Shown here: positions 33,799 to 44,539 of the stretch, piece after piece
Layout: each line of letters opens with the position of its first letter
How positions within the stretch are numbered: position 1 is the first letter of the stretch
Origin: Candidatus Fimenecus sp.
Lineage (GTDB): Bacteria; Bacillota; Clostridia; Oscillospirales; Acutalibacteraceae
Assembly (NCBI GenBank): GCA_045631225.1
Contig: JAZQUG010000044.1
Location: 46,700 to 110,699, forward strand
DNA: 64,000 nt
Direction of reading: 5' to 3'
Translations under genes and position numbers: made by a program
The notes under the pieces: model-generated
Seen by the model: only the letters and a program-made list of their open reading frames with translations
Database searches by the model: none
Told to the model about the DNA's origin: nothing

Positions 33799-33880
33799 TT
33801 TTTTCGCAAGGCAATATGGCAGAGGCGAAGCTGTATCGAGTATACTGCGAGCCGAAAGCCACGACTTATTGCGGAAAAAG
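33799..33880. repeat. Hairpin-rich REP-like remnant carrying a GCGAAGC mini-hairpin
   Basis: Imperfect inverted repeat TTTTTCGCAAGGCAATA / TTATTGCGGAAAAA. GCGAAGC at 33825-33831. Confidence 0.35.
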
Positions 33881-33888
33881 AAACAAAA

Positions 33889-35130
33889 TTATGATAATTT
33901 ATGAATGAATAATCCTGACAACAACTTAGGTTCAAACCATGTTGATTTTGGTGGCATAACCTTTCCTGCATCTGCAATATCCATTAATTCATTCAATGAT
34001 GTCGGATACATTGCAAATGCCAATTTCATACCCTCCTGAACTCTTCTTTCGAGCTCATTAAGCCCACGGATACCACCTACAAAATCAATTCTCTTGTCAG
34101 TTCTTGGGTCTTCAATACCTAAAATAGGTGCAATAAGGTTGTTCTGAAGAATTGAAACATCAAGGCACTCAACAGGGTCGTTTTCATTTATAAACTCTGG
34201 TTTTGCAGTAACCTTATACCATTTGTTATCAAGGAACATACCGAAAGTGTGGCGTTCTTTTGGTGAGTAAGGGCTTTCGTCAGCTTCTTCAACTACGAAT
34301 TTTTCACCCATTTTCTCGATGAATTCGTCACTTGCATTTCCGTTAAGGTCTTTGATTACACGGTTATAGTCCATAATCTTAAGTTGATCACATGGGAAAA
34401 TAACTGAAAGGAAGAAGTTAAATTCAGCGTTTTTATCGTATTCACCCTCACCACGTCTGCGTTCACCAACACGAACTGCAGAAGCACATCTGTGATGTCC
34501 GTCAGCAATATAAAGATAGTCGATATCAGCAAATTCCTTTACAAGAGTATCAATAACTGTATCGTCATCAATTACCCATACTGTCTGTGCAACACCGTCA
34601 TCACTTACAAAGTCATAGCAAGGTGTATGAGTATTTTTCCAGTTTTCTGTAATATCAGAAACGGTCTTGTTTTCCCTGTGAGTAAGGAAAATTGGGCCTG
34701 TGTTTGCATCAAGAGTATCAACATGACGAATTCTGTCTGCTTCCTTGTCTGCTCTTGTGAATTCGTGCTTTTTGATAACGTTGTTAATATAATCGTCAAC
34801 TGCAGTACAACCAACAATACCTGTCTGTTCTCTGCCGTTCATAATCTGACGATAGATATAAAGCATCGGTTTTTCGTCCTGCCCAACAATCCCCTTTTCA
34901 CTTAATGCATCAAGGTTTTCCTTAGCTTTCTGATAAACTTCTGCTGAATAAATATCAATTCCTTGTGGTAAATCTACTTCCGCTTTATCAATATGTAAAA
35001 ATGAGTAAGGTTTGTCCTTTATCATTTCTCGTGCTTCTTCCGAATTCATTACATCATAAGGCAACGCACCAACTGAAGATGCATATTCATCCTTTGGTCT
35101 TACAGCCTTAAATGGTTTTAATACCGCCAT
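33889..35130 (-). CDS. DUF1015 family protein
   Basis: Typical N-terminus MAVLKPFKAVRP...LPYDVM; 413 aa. Confidence 0.8.
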   Translation of the reverse strand: MAVLKPFKAVRPKDEYASSVGALPYDVMNSEEAREMIKDKPYSFLHIDKAEVDLPQGIDIYSAEVYQKAKENLDALSEKGIVGQDEKPMLYIYRQIMNGREQTGIVGCTAVDDYINNVIKKHEFTRADKEADRIRHVDTLDANTGPIFLTHRENKTVSDITENWKNTHTPCYDFVSDDGVAQTVWVIDDDTVIDTLVKEFADIDYLYIADGHHRCASAVRVGERRRGEGEYDKNAEFNFFLSVIFPCDQLKIMDYNRVIKDLNGNASDEFIEKMGEKFVVEEADESPYSPKERHTFGMFLDNKWYKVTAKPEFINENDPVECLDVSILQNNLIAPILGIEDPRTDKRIDFVGGIRGLNELERRVQEGMKLAFAMYPTSLNELMDIADAGKVMPPKSTWFEPKLLSGLFIHKLS

Positions 35131-35569
35131 TTTTATTTCCTCTTTCCTTAATGATAAATATAATTTTTAAAATAATTAACGATGCTATGACACCAATCAA
35201 AGCACCTGTACTGTCAACTAAAATATCTGACAACTGAAACGCTCTGTCGGGAACAAAAATCTGATGAATTTCGTCTGTGACAGCATAAAGTACAGTTCCA
35301 ACAAAAGCAAATACAGGTGTTAACTTCGTTTCAAAGGTGGCATAAACTGCATTGAATATGAGAACGGACAGTCCCATAAATTCAAGACAGTGAGCACAAG
35401 AACGAAGAAAACCTTCATCAATTGTCAATCCTAATCTCTCAAAAAACGCCATTACAAAGGAATGACTTAATTTCGTGGATTCTTCGCCATTCTGTGCAGA
35501 GAGCGAAAAGATAATACCCATACATATTACCACAAGAACCCACGAAATTGCTACATATAACTTTTTCAT
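35108..35569 (-). CDS. VanZ family membrane protein
   Basis: 153 aa, 4 TM helices, DEIHQ.FVP.R motif. Confidence 0.8.
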   Translation of the reverse strand: MKKLYVAISWVLVVICMGIIFSLSAQNGEESTKLSHSFVMAFFERLGLTIDEGFLRSCAHCLEFMGLSVLIFNAVYATFETKLTPVFAFVGTVLYAVTDEIHQIFVPDRAFQLSDILVDSTGALIGVIASLIILKIIFIIKERGNKNGGIKTI

Positions 35570-37146
35570 TATTTCTGTCCTTTATAGAAATATATATTTG
35601 CTCTGTCCCCTGCTGAATAAACTCCGCTTGTGTCTTTTGCAACTGCAAAAACTGTATTCTTATAATTCAGAGGCACTGCAATTGCATTTTTCAACAAATG
35701 ACTTTCACAGGAAACAACCTTTTTATGTGTTGCATTTCCATTTAAATCTTCTATCATTCTGTCAAATTCTTCTGATGAATAGCCAAAAACATTTAAATTG
35801 CTGTAAGACTTGAAAATTGATAAGAAATCTGCTGATTTATTTGAGTCAACTGTCATGTCATAAATCACGAGGCTATATTCACCCGATTTGATTTTCGAAT
35901 AATACTCATCATCTTCTGCAACAGTTACTTTACCGTTAAGCTCAACACCAATATTTGTCTGCCAGCAATTGACAATAGATTTTGCCAATTCTTCATTTTC
36001 TTTTGTGCAAAGGATACTTATTGTAAGATTGTCAATTTCAAGTTCTTCAAATGCTGAAATCATATTTTCTCTTGCATTCTCGATATTGTAGTTTACTGTT
36101 TCAACCTTACCACCTGACAACTTATATCCCGATGGAATAAGATTTATGTGGACTGTTTCCACAACAGATGTCATATCAATACTTGAAATCAATCCTATTC
36201 GAAGCTTTACATTCTGAAGAGCCTCTTTATTCATATTGAAAACAAGTGCAGTTGTGATGTTTTCGATATTTGTCTTTTGTGTTTTTCTGCCAAGCTCATC
36301 TATTGCCTCTTCACTTGCAAAAAAGCCTAAATCATAAGTCTTGTCATCAACTTTTTTAGCAATATCAATCTGGTCAGAATTTACATGAAGTCTTACCGAT
36401 GTAACAGTTGTAGCAAAGTCACCTGCATATTCTTCATTTTTAGAAAAACGGACTGATTCACCATCTTTGATGTCAGAAAGATAGAAACAACCATTTGAAA
36501 TTATGTACTCTTCATCAAGTCCATATCTACCCTCTGTAAGATTAAAGAATTCCTCATCACAAGGGAATGAAACCGGTTGGCTGAGGGAATAAAGGAAATC
36601 TGTGGTTTTCTCTTCAAGAGTAATTTCAAGAGTATAATCATTTATAGCTTTTATTCCAAGTTCATCTGAAGAAGCTTCACCACTATGTACTTTATCAGCA
36701 TTTTTTATAATACTTAATAAACTGTAATTCTGGGAATTGGTTTCAGGGAGAATTGCTCTTGTTATACCAAACACAAAGTCTTTTGCAGTAACTTTACCTT
36801 CAATTGTTTTTTCATTCTCCTCAAGAAAATCTTCAACTTCACCTGAAATATAATATTTCATATTTTCTTTAAGGTAAAAAGTATAAACGAGTCCGTCAGC
36901 AGAAACTTTATAGTCCTTGACCATACATTTCTGTGGTTCGCCGTTTTCGTCGAGCTTAAAAAGACCGTCAAAAATATTAACAGCCACTATTTTCTCACTT
37001 GTGCTACCAGATACCTGTGGGTCAAAATATCGAGGCATCTCATCGACTGCACTTGCGAGATATATTTCGCTTTCTTCTGAACAACCTGCAAAACAAGTTA
37101 CAAGCAGAATTGTAGCTATAAAAATTGCAATAATTCGTTTAATCAT
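35569..37146 (-). CDS. ABC transporter substrate-binding lipoprotein, family 5 (peptide/oligosaccharide type), orphan
   Basis: Lipobox LVTCFAGC and SBP_bac_5-like sequence. No permease or ATPase gene adjacent. Confidence 0.75.
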   Translation of the reverse strand: MIKRIIAIFIATILLVTCFAGCSEESEIYLASAVDEMPRYFDPQVSGSTSEKIVAVNIFDGLFKLDENGEPQKCMVKDYKVSADGLVYTFYLKENMKYYISGEVEDFLEENEKTIEGKVTAKDFVFGITRAILPETNSQNYSLLSIIKNADKVHSGEASSDELGIKAINDYTLEITLEEKTTDFLYSLSQPVSFPCDEEFFNLTEGRYGLDEEYIISNGCFYLSDIKDGESVRFSKNEEYAGDFATTVTSVRLHVNSDQIDIAKKVDDKTYDLGFFASEEAIDELGRKTQKTNIENITTALVFNMNKEALQNVKLRIGLISSIDMTSVVETVHINLIPSGYKLSGGKVETVNYNIENARENMISAFEELEIDNLTISILCTKENEELAKSIVNCWQTNIGVELNGKVTVAEDDEYYSKIKSGEYSLVIYDMTVDSNKSADFLSIFKSYSNLNVFGYSSEEFDRMIEDLNGNATHKKVVSCESHLLKNAIAVPLNYKNTVFAVAKDTSGVYSAGDRANIYFYKGQK

Positions 37147-37282
37147 TTTATCACCGTTTATAATTATATCAAATAATAAGACATAAGGCTATATTTTAAG
37201 AAAAAAATTTTATAAAAAACTCGCATTTATTCTATTCTTTTGTTATAATGAAATATATATTTATATGTATAAGGAGAAAAAT

Positions 37283-38599
37283 ATGCCTCAGAATGATATT
37301 TTATTGATGATTTCTATTGTCTTGTCAATTATTTCTATCTCAATTATGTTTGTTGTTCTTAAAAATTCTAAAAACAACAAGTTCGATGATGCTGTTCAGC
37401 AAAAAATCGATTATATGAACAAAAATATCGGTGACGAATTTCACCGTGTTCGTTTGGAAAACCAAAATTCAAATAAGGAAATTCGCCATGATATGCAAAA
37501 GAGTCTTGAAGATATGTCACAGCGAATCGACAATATGAATAAAGGCAATTATGAGCATCGTGAAAAAATGAATGAGATGCTTCTTTCTATCCGTGATAAA
37601 AATGCTGAACAGAATGAAAAGCAGAACAGAGTTCTTGAATCTTCAATTACAAAAATGCAGGAATCAAACGAAAAGAAACTTGAAGAAATGAGAGTAACTG
37701 TTGATGAAAAGCTTACTTCAACTCTTACAACACGACTTGATTCTTCATTCAAAACAGTTTCCGAACAACTGGAAAATCTTTACAAATCTCTTGGCGAAAT
37801 GCAGACTCTCTCAACAGGTGTAACAGAAAATGTAACTGCTCTTAACCGTGTACTTACCAATGTCAAGGCAAGAGGTACTTGGGCTGAAGTTCAGCTTGAA
37901 GGCATTTTGAACCAAACAATTCCTAACATGTTTGAAAAGAATGTGGCAACTGTTCCAAATTCACTTGACCGAGTTGAATTTGCTATCCGAATTCCATCAA
38001 GCGAAAAGGATGGCAAGGATATTTTCCTTCCTGTTGACTCAAAGTTCCCGATGGAAGACTATGTCCGTCTTTGTGACGCCGCTGACAGAGCAGATGCAGA
38101 AGCCGTAAAGCAAGCTCGAAAAGAACTTGAAAACAGAGTACTCAGTGAAGCAAAATCAATCGCAAAATACATACATGTTCCTGACACAACTCCATTTGCA
38201 ATTATGTACCTTGCAACTGAGGGTCTTTATGCTGAAATCGCATCTTCACGAACAGGATTACCTGAAAAAATTCAGAATGAATACAACATTATGATTGCAG
38301 GACCTACAACAGTTACTGCACTTCTCAATTCACTTTCAATGGGCTTTAAAACAGTTGCTATCAATGAAAAGGCAAATGAAGTACGCCAGCTTCTCGGTGC
38401 TGCAAAGGTTCAGTATGAAAAATTCGGTGACCTTCTTGCAAAGGCAAAGAAAAAGGTTGACGAAGCAGGAAAAACACTTGAGGATGCTGAAAGAAAGAAC
38501 CTCTTTATCCGCAGAAAGCTTAAAAATATTGAAGAGATTGACGTTACGACTGCCGATAAGCTTTTATTTGACGGATTACAAGAAGAAAGTGATGAATAA
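37283..38599 (+). CDS. rmuC: DNA recombination protein RmuC
   Basis: N-terminal TM helix, coiled coil, then the RmuC nuclease-like domain (RGTWAEVQLE). ATG 37283 has an AAGGAG RBS. Confidence 0.85.
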   Translation: MPQNDILLMISIVLSIISISIMFVVLKNSKNNKFDDAVQQKIDYMNKNIGDEFHRVRLENQNSNKEIRHDMQKSLEDMSQRIDNMNKGNYEHREKMNEMLLSIRDKNAEQNEKQNRVLESSITKMQESNEKKLEEMRVTVDEKLTSTLTTRLDSSFKTVSEQLENLYKSLGEMQTLSTGVTENVTALNRVLTNVKARGTWAEVQLEGILNQTIPNMFEKNVATVPNSLDRVEFAIRIPSSEKDGKDIFLPVDSKFPMEDYVRLCDAADRADAEAVKQARKELENRVLSEAKSIAKYIHVPDTTPFAIMYLATEGLYAEIASSRTGLPEKIQNEYNIMIAGPTTVTALLNSLSMGFKTVAINEKANEVRQLLGAAKVQYEKFGDLLAKAKKKVDEAGKTLEDAERKNLFIRRKLKNIEEIDVTTADKLLFDGLQEESDE

Positions 38600-38680
38600 T
38601 ACTTGCAACAATTACCAAATTATTGTATTATATAAGTTGGTATTAAACTAATATATTATACTTTTTAGGAGGATAAGGAA

Positions 38681-41119
38681 ATGGCTCTTAAACATGCTGA
38701 TATTATCGCAAAGATGACACTTGAAGAAAAAGCAAGTCTTTGCGACGGTCTTGATTACTGGCACTCACAACCAGTTGAGAGAGTTGGTATCAAATCATTC
38801 AGCCTTAACGACGGACCTCACGGTATCCGTAAAAAAGGTGACCCTGGTGACACACCAAAGGGTGAAACAAATCTTTTGAAAGGTGTTCCTGCTATCTGTT
38901 TCCCAACAGCTTCTGCAACTGCTTGTTCATGGGATACTGACCTTCTTTACAAAATGGGTGAAGCACTCGGTGAAGAATGTCTTAAAGAAAAGGTTTCTGT
39001 TCTTTTAGGACCTGGTACAAACATTAAGCGTTCACCTCTTTGCGGAAGAAACTTTGAATATTTCTCAGAAGACGGTGTTCTTGCCGGTGAAATGTCTGCT
39101 GCATTCGTAAACGGTGTTCAGAGCAAGGGTGTTGGTACATCTCTTAAGCACTATGCTGCAAACAATCAGGAAACACGTCGTATGACTGTCAATTCAGTTG
39201 TTGACGAAAGAACACTTCGTGAAACATATCTTCTCCCATTTGAAATCGCAGTTAAAAAAGCTCAGCCTTGGACAATCATGAACTCGTACAACAGAGTTAA
39301 CGGTACATACGCAGCTGAAAACAAGTGGCTTCTTACTGATGTTCTTCGTGACGATTGGGGATTTGAAGGTATTGTTATTACCGACTGGGGCGCAGAAAAC
39401 GAAAGAGTTCCAGGACTTATTGCAGGTCAGGAAATTGAAATGCCTACTTCTTCAGGCATCGGCACAAAGCTTATCATTGATGCTGTAAAAGACGGTTCTC
39501 TTGATGAAGCTGTTCTTGATGCTGCTTGTGATAAGATTATTGAAATTTCAAAGAGAGCTGAAAAAGTAACAGGTAATTATACATACGACAGTGATGCTCA
39601 CCATAATCTTGCTCGTGAAATCGCAGGTCAGTGCATGGTACTTATGAAGAACGACAACAACCTTCTTCCTCTTAAAAAGGATGCAAAGATTGCTGTTATC
39701 GGTGAAATGGCTCATACACCTCGTTATCAGGGTGCCGGTTCATCACTTATCAACCCAATCAAGCTTGATTCTGCTTATGACACAATGAAGGAAATGGGAA
39801 TTAACTTCTCATTTGCACCGGGTTATACACTCAAGGGCAAGAACAAGAAAGAAATGGAAATGGTTATCGAAGCAAAGAATAAGGCTAAGGATGCTGATGT
39901 TGCTCTTGTATTCGTTGGTCTTACTGACGAATACGAAACAGAAGGTAACGACAGAAGCCACATCAACCTTCCACCTATTCACAACACTCTTGTTGAAGAA
40001 GTTCTTAAGGTTAATCCTAACACAATCGTTGTTCTTTCAGGTGGTGCATCAGTTGCACTTCCTTGGGCTGATAAGGTTCCTGCTATCCTCAACATGTTCC
40101 TTACAGGTCAGGCTGGTGGCAGTGCTGTTTGTGACATCATCTTCGGTGATGTAAATCCAAGTGGTAAGCTCAGCGAAACATATCCACTTGCACTTGAAGA
40201 CAATTCAAGCTACAACTTCTTCCCTGGCACATCAGTTTCAGTTGAATACAGAGAAAGCGTTTATGTTGGTTACAAATACTATGACACAGCAAACAAAGCG
40301 GTTGCATTCCCATTCGGTCATGGTCTTTCATACACAACTTTCGAATACAGTGACGTAAAGGTTTCTGCAGATAAGATTAAGGATACTGATACAGTTACAG
40401 TTTCATTCAAGGTTAAGAACACAGGTGCTGTTGACGGTGCTGAGGTTGCTCAGGTTTATGTAAACGATGTAGAGAGCACAATTTATCGTCCTGTTAAGGA
40501 ACTTCGTGGCTTTAAGAAGGTATTCTTAAATGCAGGTGAAGAAAAGGAAGTTTCTGTTGAACTCGACAAACGTGCATTTGCATACTATAACGTTGACCTC
40601 GGTGACTGGCACGTTGAAAGCGGCGACTTCAAGATTCTCGTTGGCGCATCAAGCCGTGATATCAGACTTGAAGCTTCAGTTTATGTTGAATCAACTGTTG
40701 ATGCTAAAGTTCCTGATTACAGCAAAACTGCTCCATCATACTATGGTGCAAACATTATGAATGTTTCTGCTGACGAATTCCAGGTTATTTATGGTAAGGA
40801 ATTACCACCATCAGTAAGAGATAAGAATGCTCCATTCACATTACTTAACACAATTGAAGATTCACAGGACAGCAAATGGGGCGGTAGAATCTACAGACTT
40901 CTCATTAAGATGCTTGGTGCTGACACAATGGCAGGTGCTGTTGCAACTCAGCTTCCAATCAAGAACTTCATCTCAATGAGCTTTGGTCTTTTCAGCCCTG
41001 AAATGGCAGAAGGTCTTATCCTTATTCTTCACGAAGATAAGATGGGTGCAGGTCTTAAGGCTATATTCAAGGGTATTCCGAATCTTATCAAGAATCTTGG
41101 CAAATTAAAGCAAATCTAA
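38681..41119 (+). CDS. GH3 beta-glucosidase with a C-terminal Fn3-like domain
   Basis: KHYAANNQE, nucleophile context GIVITDWGA, and the Fn3-like segment AEVAQVYV. Confidence 0.9.
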   Translation: MALKHADIIAKMTLEEKASLCDGLDYWHSQPVERVGIKSFSLNDGPHGIRKKGDPGDTPKGETNLLKGVPAICFPTASATACSWDTDLLYKMGEALGEECLKEKVSVLLGPGTNIKRSPLCGRNFEYFSEDGVLAGEMSAAFVNGVQSKGVGTSLKHYAANNQETRRMTVNSVVDERTLRETYLLPFEIAVKKAQPWTIMNSYNRVNGTYAAENKWLLTDVLRDDWGFEGIVITDWGAENERVPGLIAGQEIEMPTSSGIGTKLIIDAVKDGSLDEAVLDAACDKIIEISKRAEKVTGNYTYDSDAHHNLAREIAGQCMVLMKNDNNLLPLKKDAKIAVIGEMAHTPRYQGAGSSLINPIKLDSAYDTMKEMGINFSFAPGYTLKGKNKKEMEMVIEAKNKAKDADVALVFVGLTDEYETEGNDRSHINLPPIHNTLVEEVLKVNPNTIVVLSGGASVALPWADKVPAILNMFLTGQAGGSAVCDIIFGDVNPSGKLSETYPLALEDNSSYNFFPGTSVSVEYRESVYVGYKYYDTANKAVAFPFGHGLSYTTFEYSDVKVSADKIKDTDTVTVSFKVKNTGAVDGAEVAQVYVNDVESTIYRPVKELRGFKKVFLNAGEEKEVSVELDKRAFAYYNVDLGDWHVESGDFKILVGASSRDIRLEASVYVESTVDAKVPDYSKTAPSYYGANIMNVSADEFQVIYGKELPPSVRDKNAPFTLLNTIEDSQDSKWGGRIYRLLIKMLGADTMAGAVATQLPIKNFISMSFGLFSPEMAEGLILILHEDKMGAGLKAIFKGIPNLIKNLGKLKQI

Positions 41120-41132
41120 TTAAATATAAAAT

Positions 41133-41165
41133 AAGGTGAGAGTAAAATCTCACCTTTATTTTTTA
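41133..41165 (+). terminator. Intrinsic terminator after GH3
   Basis: AAGGTGAGA-GTAAAA-TCTCACCTT followed by TTATTTTTT. Confidence 0.75.
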
Positions 41166-41189
41166 CATACAAAGCTAAAAAAGACACGA

Positions 41190-41222
41190 GCAAAAAGAAA
41201 GCGAGGATTTTTACGTCCTCGC
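41190..41222 (-). terminator. Intrinsic terminator of the GntR-ABC operon
   Basis: GCGAGGA-TTTTTACG-TCCTCGC hairpin followed by a U-rich tract on the minus strand. Confidence 0.6.
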
Positions 41223-41234
41223 CTTTTTGTTTAA

Positions 41235-43661
41235 TTATTTAATTACACTCATATTTGCTTCCGGGAGATAGTAGCAGACGATTGGTCCTTCTTCATAAAT
41301 CACATAAACATATCTTCCATTGTCGTTTAATGTGAGATACTGTGAGGTTGTTTTATCAACGATTTTCTGTATCTTTTCTGCATCTGTTACTGATTCAAGA
41401 GAATGGCCTGCATCTTTATATACCCTCTTAATTAAGTCATATTCAGTTGTAGGCTCGTCAATAAAGTACTGAACAACGTCACATGCATAAAGACTGACAT
41501 CCAACTGTCTGAACATTGTTTGAACATAAAGCGGTAACATTTCTGTTGCTGAGCCCCAGCCCCTGTTATTTTTCTCATTTGCCTTTGCAAATTCGTGTTT
41601 TGCTTCCGGAAGCGACATTGTAGCATCAGAATACAGAACCTCTTTAATTTTCATCGGTTCTTCCTTGAGCTCATAACCATTTTTCTTAAGGAAATTAACA
41701 GTATTTGTCATATTTTCATAGACAGGGATAAAATCATCAACCAAAGCATGATTATAATCAGGCTCTTCAACAATTTTATCAACTATGATTTCCATTCCGC
41801 CTCTTGTGTTTTCCGGATAATACATCTCATTAGTATATGCTGGTGTTTGTCCCGGATAGTCAGCATCTGCTGACATTTTCACAAGCACACCGACAGGCTG
41901 ATTGTTGTTTCTGAAAAGCTCGTCAACGCTCATTTTTGAAAGGTCCTTATAGAGTGCTTCGCAAAGTCCGTCAACATCAGCAATGCAATCCATTCCTTCG
42001 CCGATTTCTATAAGCATATCGTTGTCAGTATATGCCCAGTTAAAGTTTTTAAGATGTCCTGTTGAATCGTACTGTATATTTTCGGGAACAGGGTCAATAA
42101 GGTAATTTTTGAGAATTGCGTCGAAATACTCAGAGCCATAGATAAGCTGAATATATTTCATATATGTTTCATCGCTATAAATATCAAAGTTACGATATTT
42201 AATCTTACCGTCATTGTTTCTTATACCGAGAGTAATTGATGTCAGGCATTCTTCATCATGCTTACCCTTTTCATTTTTGAGAAGTTCAAAAGCATCAAGA
42301 ACAGTCTGTTTGCTCTCGTCAGTTGAACTTTCAACAAAATCTTCACCAGGTTGCCACGGATAAACGCAATGTTCGTAACCTCTGATTTCAAAAGCTTCAA
42401 TTGTAACACTTTTAACATCTGCTTTGTCAGGAATTTTGTTATATGTGCCAAGGAGTCCCGTGTTAAATACGATACAGCATACTGCAAATGCACCGATAAG
42501 CGCATAGCACCACTTAAGTGATTTAATTGCTGTTTTTGGTTTCCTTGTGAGAATAAGCTGAATAAGGAAATATGCAAGCAAGCATACAGCTGTAATTACA
42601 ACAAAGAGTGCGTAGAGATTAAATTCACCACCAAACCACTCTGTAAACACCCATGTGATTCCTGTGAATGCACAAGTACCGAGCACAGCTCTTGAAACAG
42701 GGAATTTACCGAGAGAATTTGCATGTTCTGCTTTCCTCTTATTGAAAAGGTAATAAGTAACACCGATTAAAACAACAGAAATTACAAGCCACATTACAAC
42801 AGGGAACATAAAGCCCCAATCAACATGGTATTCCGCAGGGACCTTATACTTATCTGCAGGTACGGTTCTTTGTAACATGTTTAAAATAACCCTTGGTGTA
42901 ATCCGGTCAACATAGTCATAAATGTCACCCATATATACATATTCTTCCTGCATATTGATTGCCATTGTCCAAGGAGTGAACACCTGCATTACTCTTGATA
43001 TATCATAGCTTCCGATGTATCCGTTAAGATAGCTGTATGCAAGTGAACTGATTGTACTGATTGTGCAGAATGGAATTAATGATAATGCAATTGAAGAACC
43101 TACTGCTTCAAAAATATTACCTGATACCACTATCATTGCAGATATAAGTGAATATCCTATAAGACCACAGACAAAAAGCAATGAAGTAAAATAAAGGAAA
43201 AGACTTGTCTGATGAGAGTTGTAGCCAAAAGCTGCAATATTTGTAATATAAATTATAAAAATCGGTAAAAATACTGCAACAAAAAGTGCTACAACACCTG
43301 AAATCAAACGGTTCGTTACCATTGTATTTCGTTTAATGCCAAGGCTTAAAAACACATTAACCTGCTTTTTTGAAAGCATAAAGTAAAATGATTTTAATGC
43401 TGTGAGAATACCACAGAAAACCATTCCAACAGGAAGTAAGTCAAAAGAATAAAAGAATGTTGAATGTGGTGCTAAAAACATTGATACTTCAAGATGTTCA
43501 GTTGTTCTTACAAATTCTTCTGATGTTACATATGAAATAACAGGTATTGTAACCATCGTAAAAAGCACTAAAAATGCTATTACAGGAAATGGAAGTGCGC
43601 CTAAAAAACTACGCTTGAAATCGTTTTTGTTCACATTATTCAAAGATTTTTGTGATGTCAT
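41235..43661 (-). CDS. Large (808 aa) ABC-2-type permease-like membrane protein with a soluble C-terminal domain of about 400 aa
   Basis: The N-terminal half has many hydrophobic helices and the C-terminal half is hydrophilic. Overlaps the upstream ATPase gene by 26 nt. Confidence 0.55.
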   Translation of the reverse strand: MTSQKSLNNVNKNDFKRSFLGALPFPVIAFLVLFTMVTIPVISYVTSEEFVRTTEHLEVSMFLAPHSTFFYSFDLLPVGMVFCGILTALKSFYFMLSKKQVNVFLSLGIKRNTMVTNRLISGVVALFVAVFLPIFIIYITNIAAFGYNSHQTSLFLYFTSLLFVCGLIGYSLISAMIVVSGNIFEAVGSSIALSLIPFCTISTISSLAYSYLNGYIGSYDISRVMQVFTPWTMAINMQEEYVYMGDIYDYVDRITPRVILNMLQRTVPADKYKVPAEYHVDWGFMFPVVMWLVISVVLIGVTYYLFNKRKAEHANSLGKFPVSRAVLGTCAFTGITWVFTEWFGGEFNLYALFVVITAVCLLAYFLIQLILTRKPKTAIKSLKWCYALIGAFAVCCIVFNTGLLGTYNKIPDKADVKSVTIEAFEIRGYEHCVYPWQPGEDFVESSTDESKQTVLDAFELLKNEKGKHDEECLTSITLGIRNNDGKIKYRNFDIYSDETYMKYIQLIYGSEYFDAILKNYLIDPVPENIQYDSTGHLKNFNWAYTDNDMLIEIGEGMDCIADVDGLCEALYKDLSKMSVDELFRNNNQPVGVLVKMSADADYPGQTPAYTNEMYYPENTRGGMEIIVDKIVEEPDYNHALVDDFIPVYENMTNTVNFLKKNGYELKEEPMKIKEVLYSDATMSLPEAKHEFAKANEKNNRGWGSATEMLPLYVQTMFRQLDVSLYACDVVQYFIDEPTTEYDLIKRVYKDAGHSLESVTDAEKIQKIVDKTTSQYLTLNDNGRYVYVIYEEGPIVCYYLPEANMSVIK

Positions 43662-44535
43662 ATTTCTTATCCTCCATTTCGTTTAAGAATACCTCTTCCA
43701 TTGTAAGCTGATATTCGTCAATTGCCATAGGAAGAAGTGCGTTCAGCTTATGTCTTTGCTCATCTGCATTTTTCTCAAAGATAATCATTGCAACTCTGCC
43801 GTCAATATCAAGTGACTTATAACTGATGCCCTTGAAATCATTTTCAGTAATCTGACGGTCAAAAATAAGTCTGAATTTACTGTAATTCTTTGAAATATCA
43901 TAAACTGAACAGTCCATTGTGAGTTTTTTACCGTTTATAAGACCTACATTGTCACAAAGGTCAGAAAGCTCTGACAAATTGTGTGATGAAATAATAAGCG
44001 AAGCTTCTGTTTCAGCCATATATTCCATAAAAAGCTTCTTTGTAATCTCTTTTTTCTGTGGGTCAAGTCCGTCGAAAGTTTCGTCAAGAAGTAAATACTT
44101 TGGTCGGGACGCAAGTGCTAAAATAAGCTCAGCCTGTCTTTGCATACCCTTTGAAAAACCTCTTATTTTCTTTTTTCCGTCAAGACCATACACATCCAAA
44201 AGGTTTTCAAGTGTCTTTTTGCTGAAATTCGGATGATAGTCAGCATAAAAATTTGCCATTGAATAAATTGAAGCATTCATCGGGAAATAAAGGTCATCAG
44301 GGATATAGAATAAATCTTTTCTGACTGTGTCGTTGTCGAATGTTTCTTCTCCATCCATCAAAACTTTGCCACCGTCTGCTTTATATATTCCTGCTGCTGT
44401 TTTTAAAAGTGTTGTCTTACCTGCACCATTGTATCCAATTAGACCATAAATTGATGATGGCTGAACTTTAAACGATACATCCTCAACTGCTGTAAAATCG
44501 CCGAATTTTTTCGTAACATTTATAAATTCAATCAT
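43636..44535 (-). CDS. ABC transporter ATP-binding protein
   Basis: Walker A GYNGAGKTT, signature FSKGMQRQ, Walker B LLLDE. Start chosen at ATG 44535 (MIEFINV). Confidence 0.88.
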   Translation of the reverse strand: MIEFINVTKKFGDFTAVEDVSFKVQPSSIYGLIGYNGAGKTTLLKTAAGIYKADGGKVLMDGEETFDNDTVRKDLFYIPDDLYFPMNASIYSMANFYADYHPNFSKKTLENLLDVYGLDGKKKIRGFSKGMQRQAELILALASRPKYLLLDETFDGLDPQKKEITKKLFMEYMAETEASLIISSHNLSELSDLCDNVGLINGKKLTMDCSVYDISKNYSKFRLIFDRQITENDFKGISYKSLDIDGRVAMIIFEKNADEQRHKLNALLPMAIDEYQLTMEEVFLNEMEDKKYDITKIFE

Positions 44536-44539
44536 TTTA

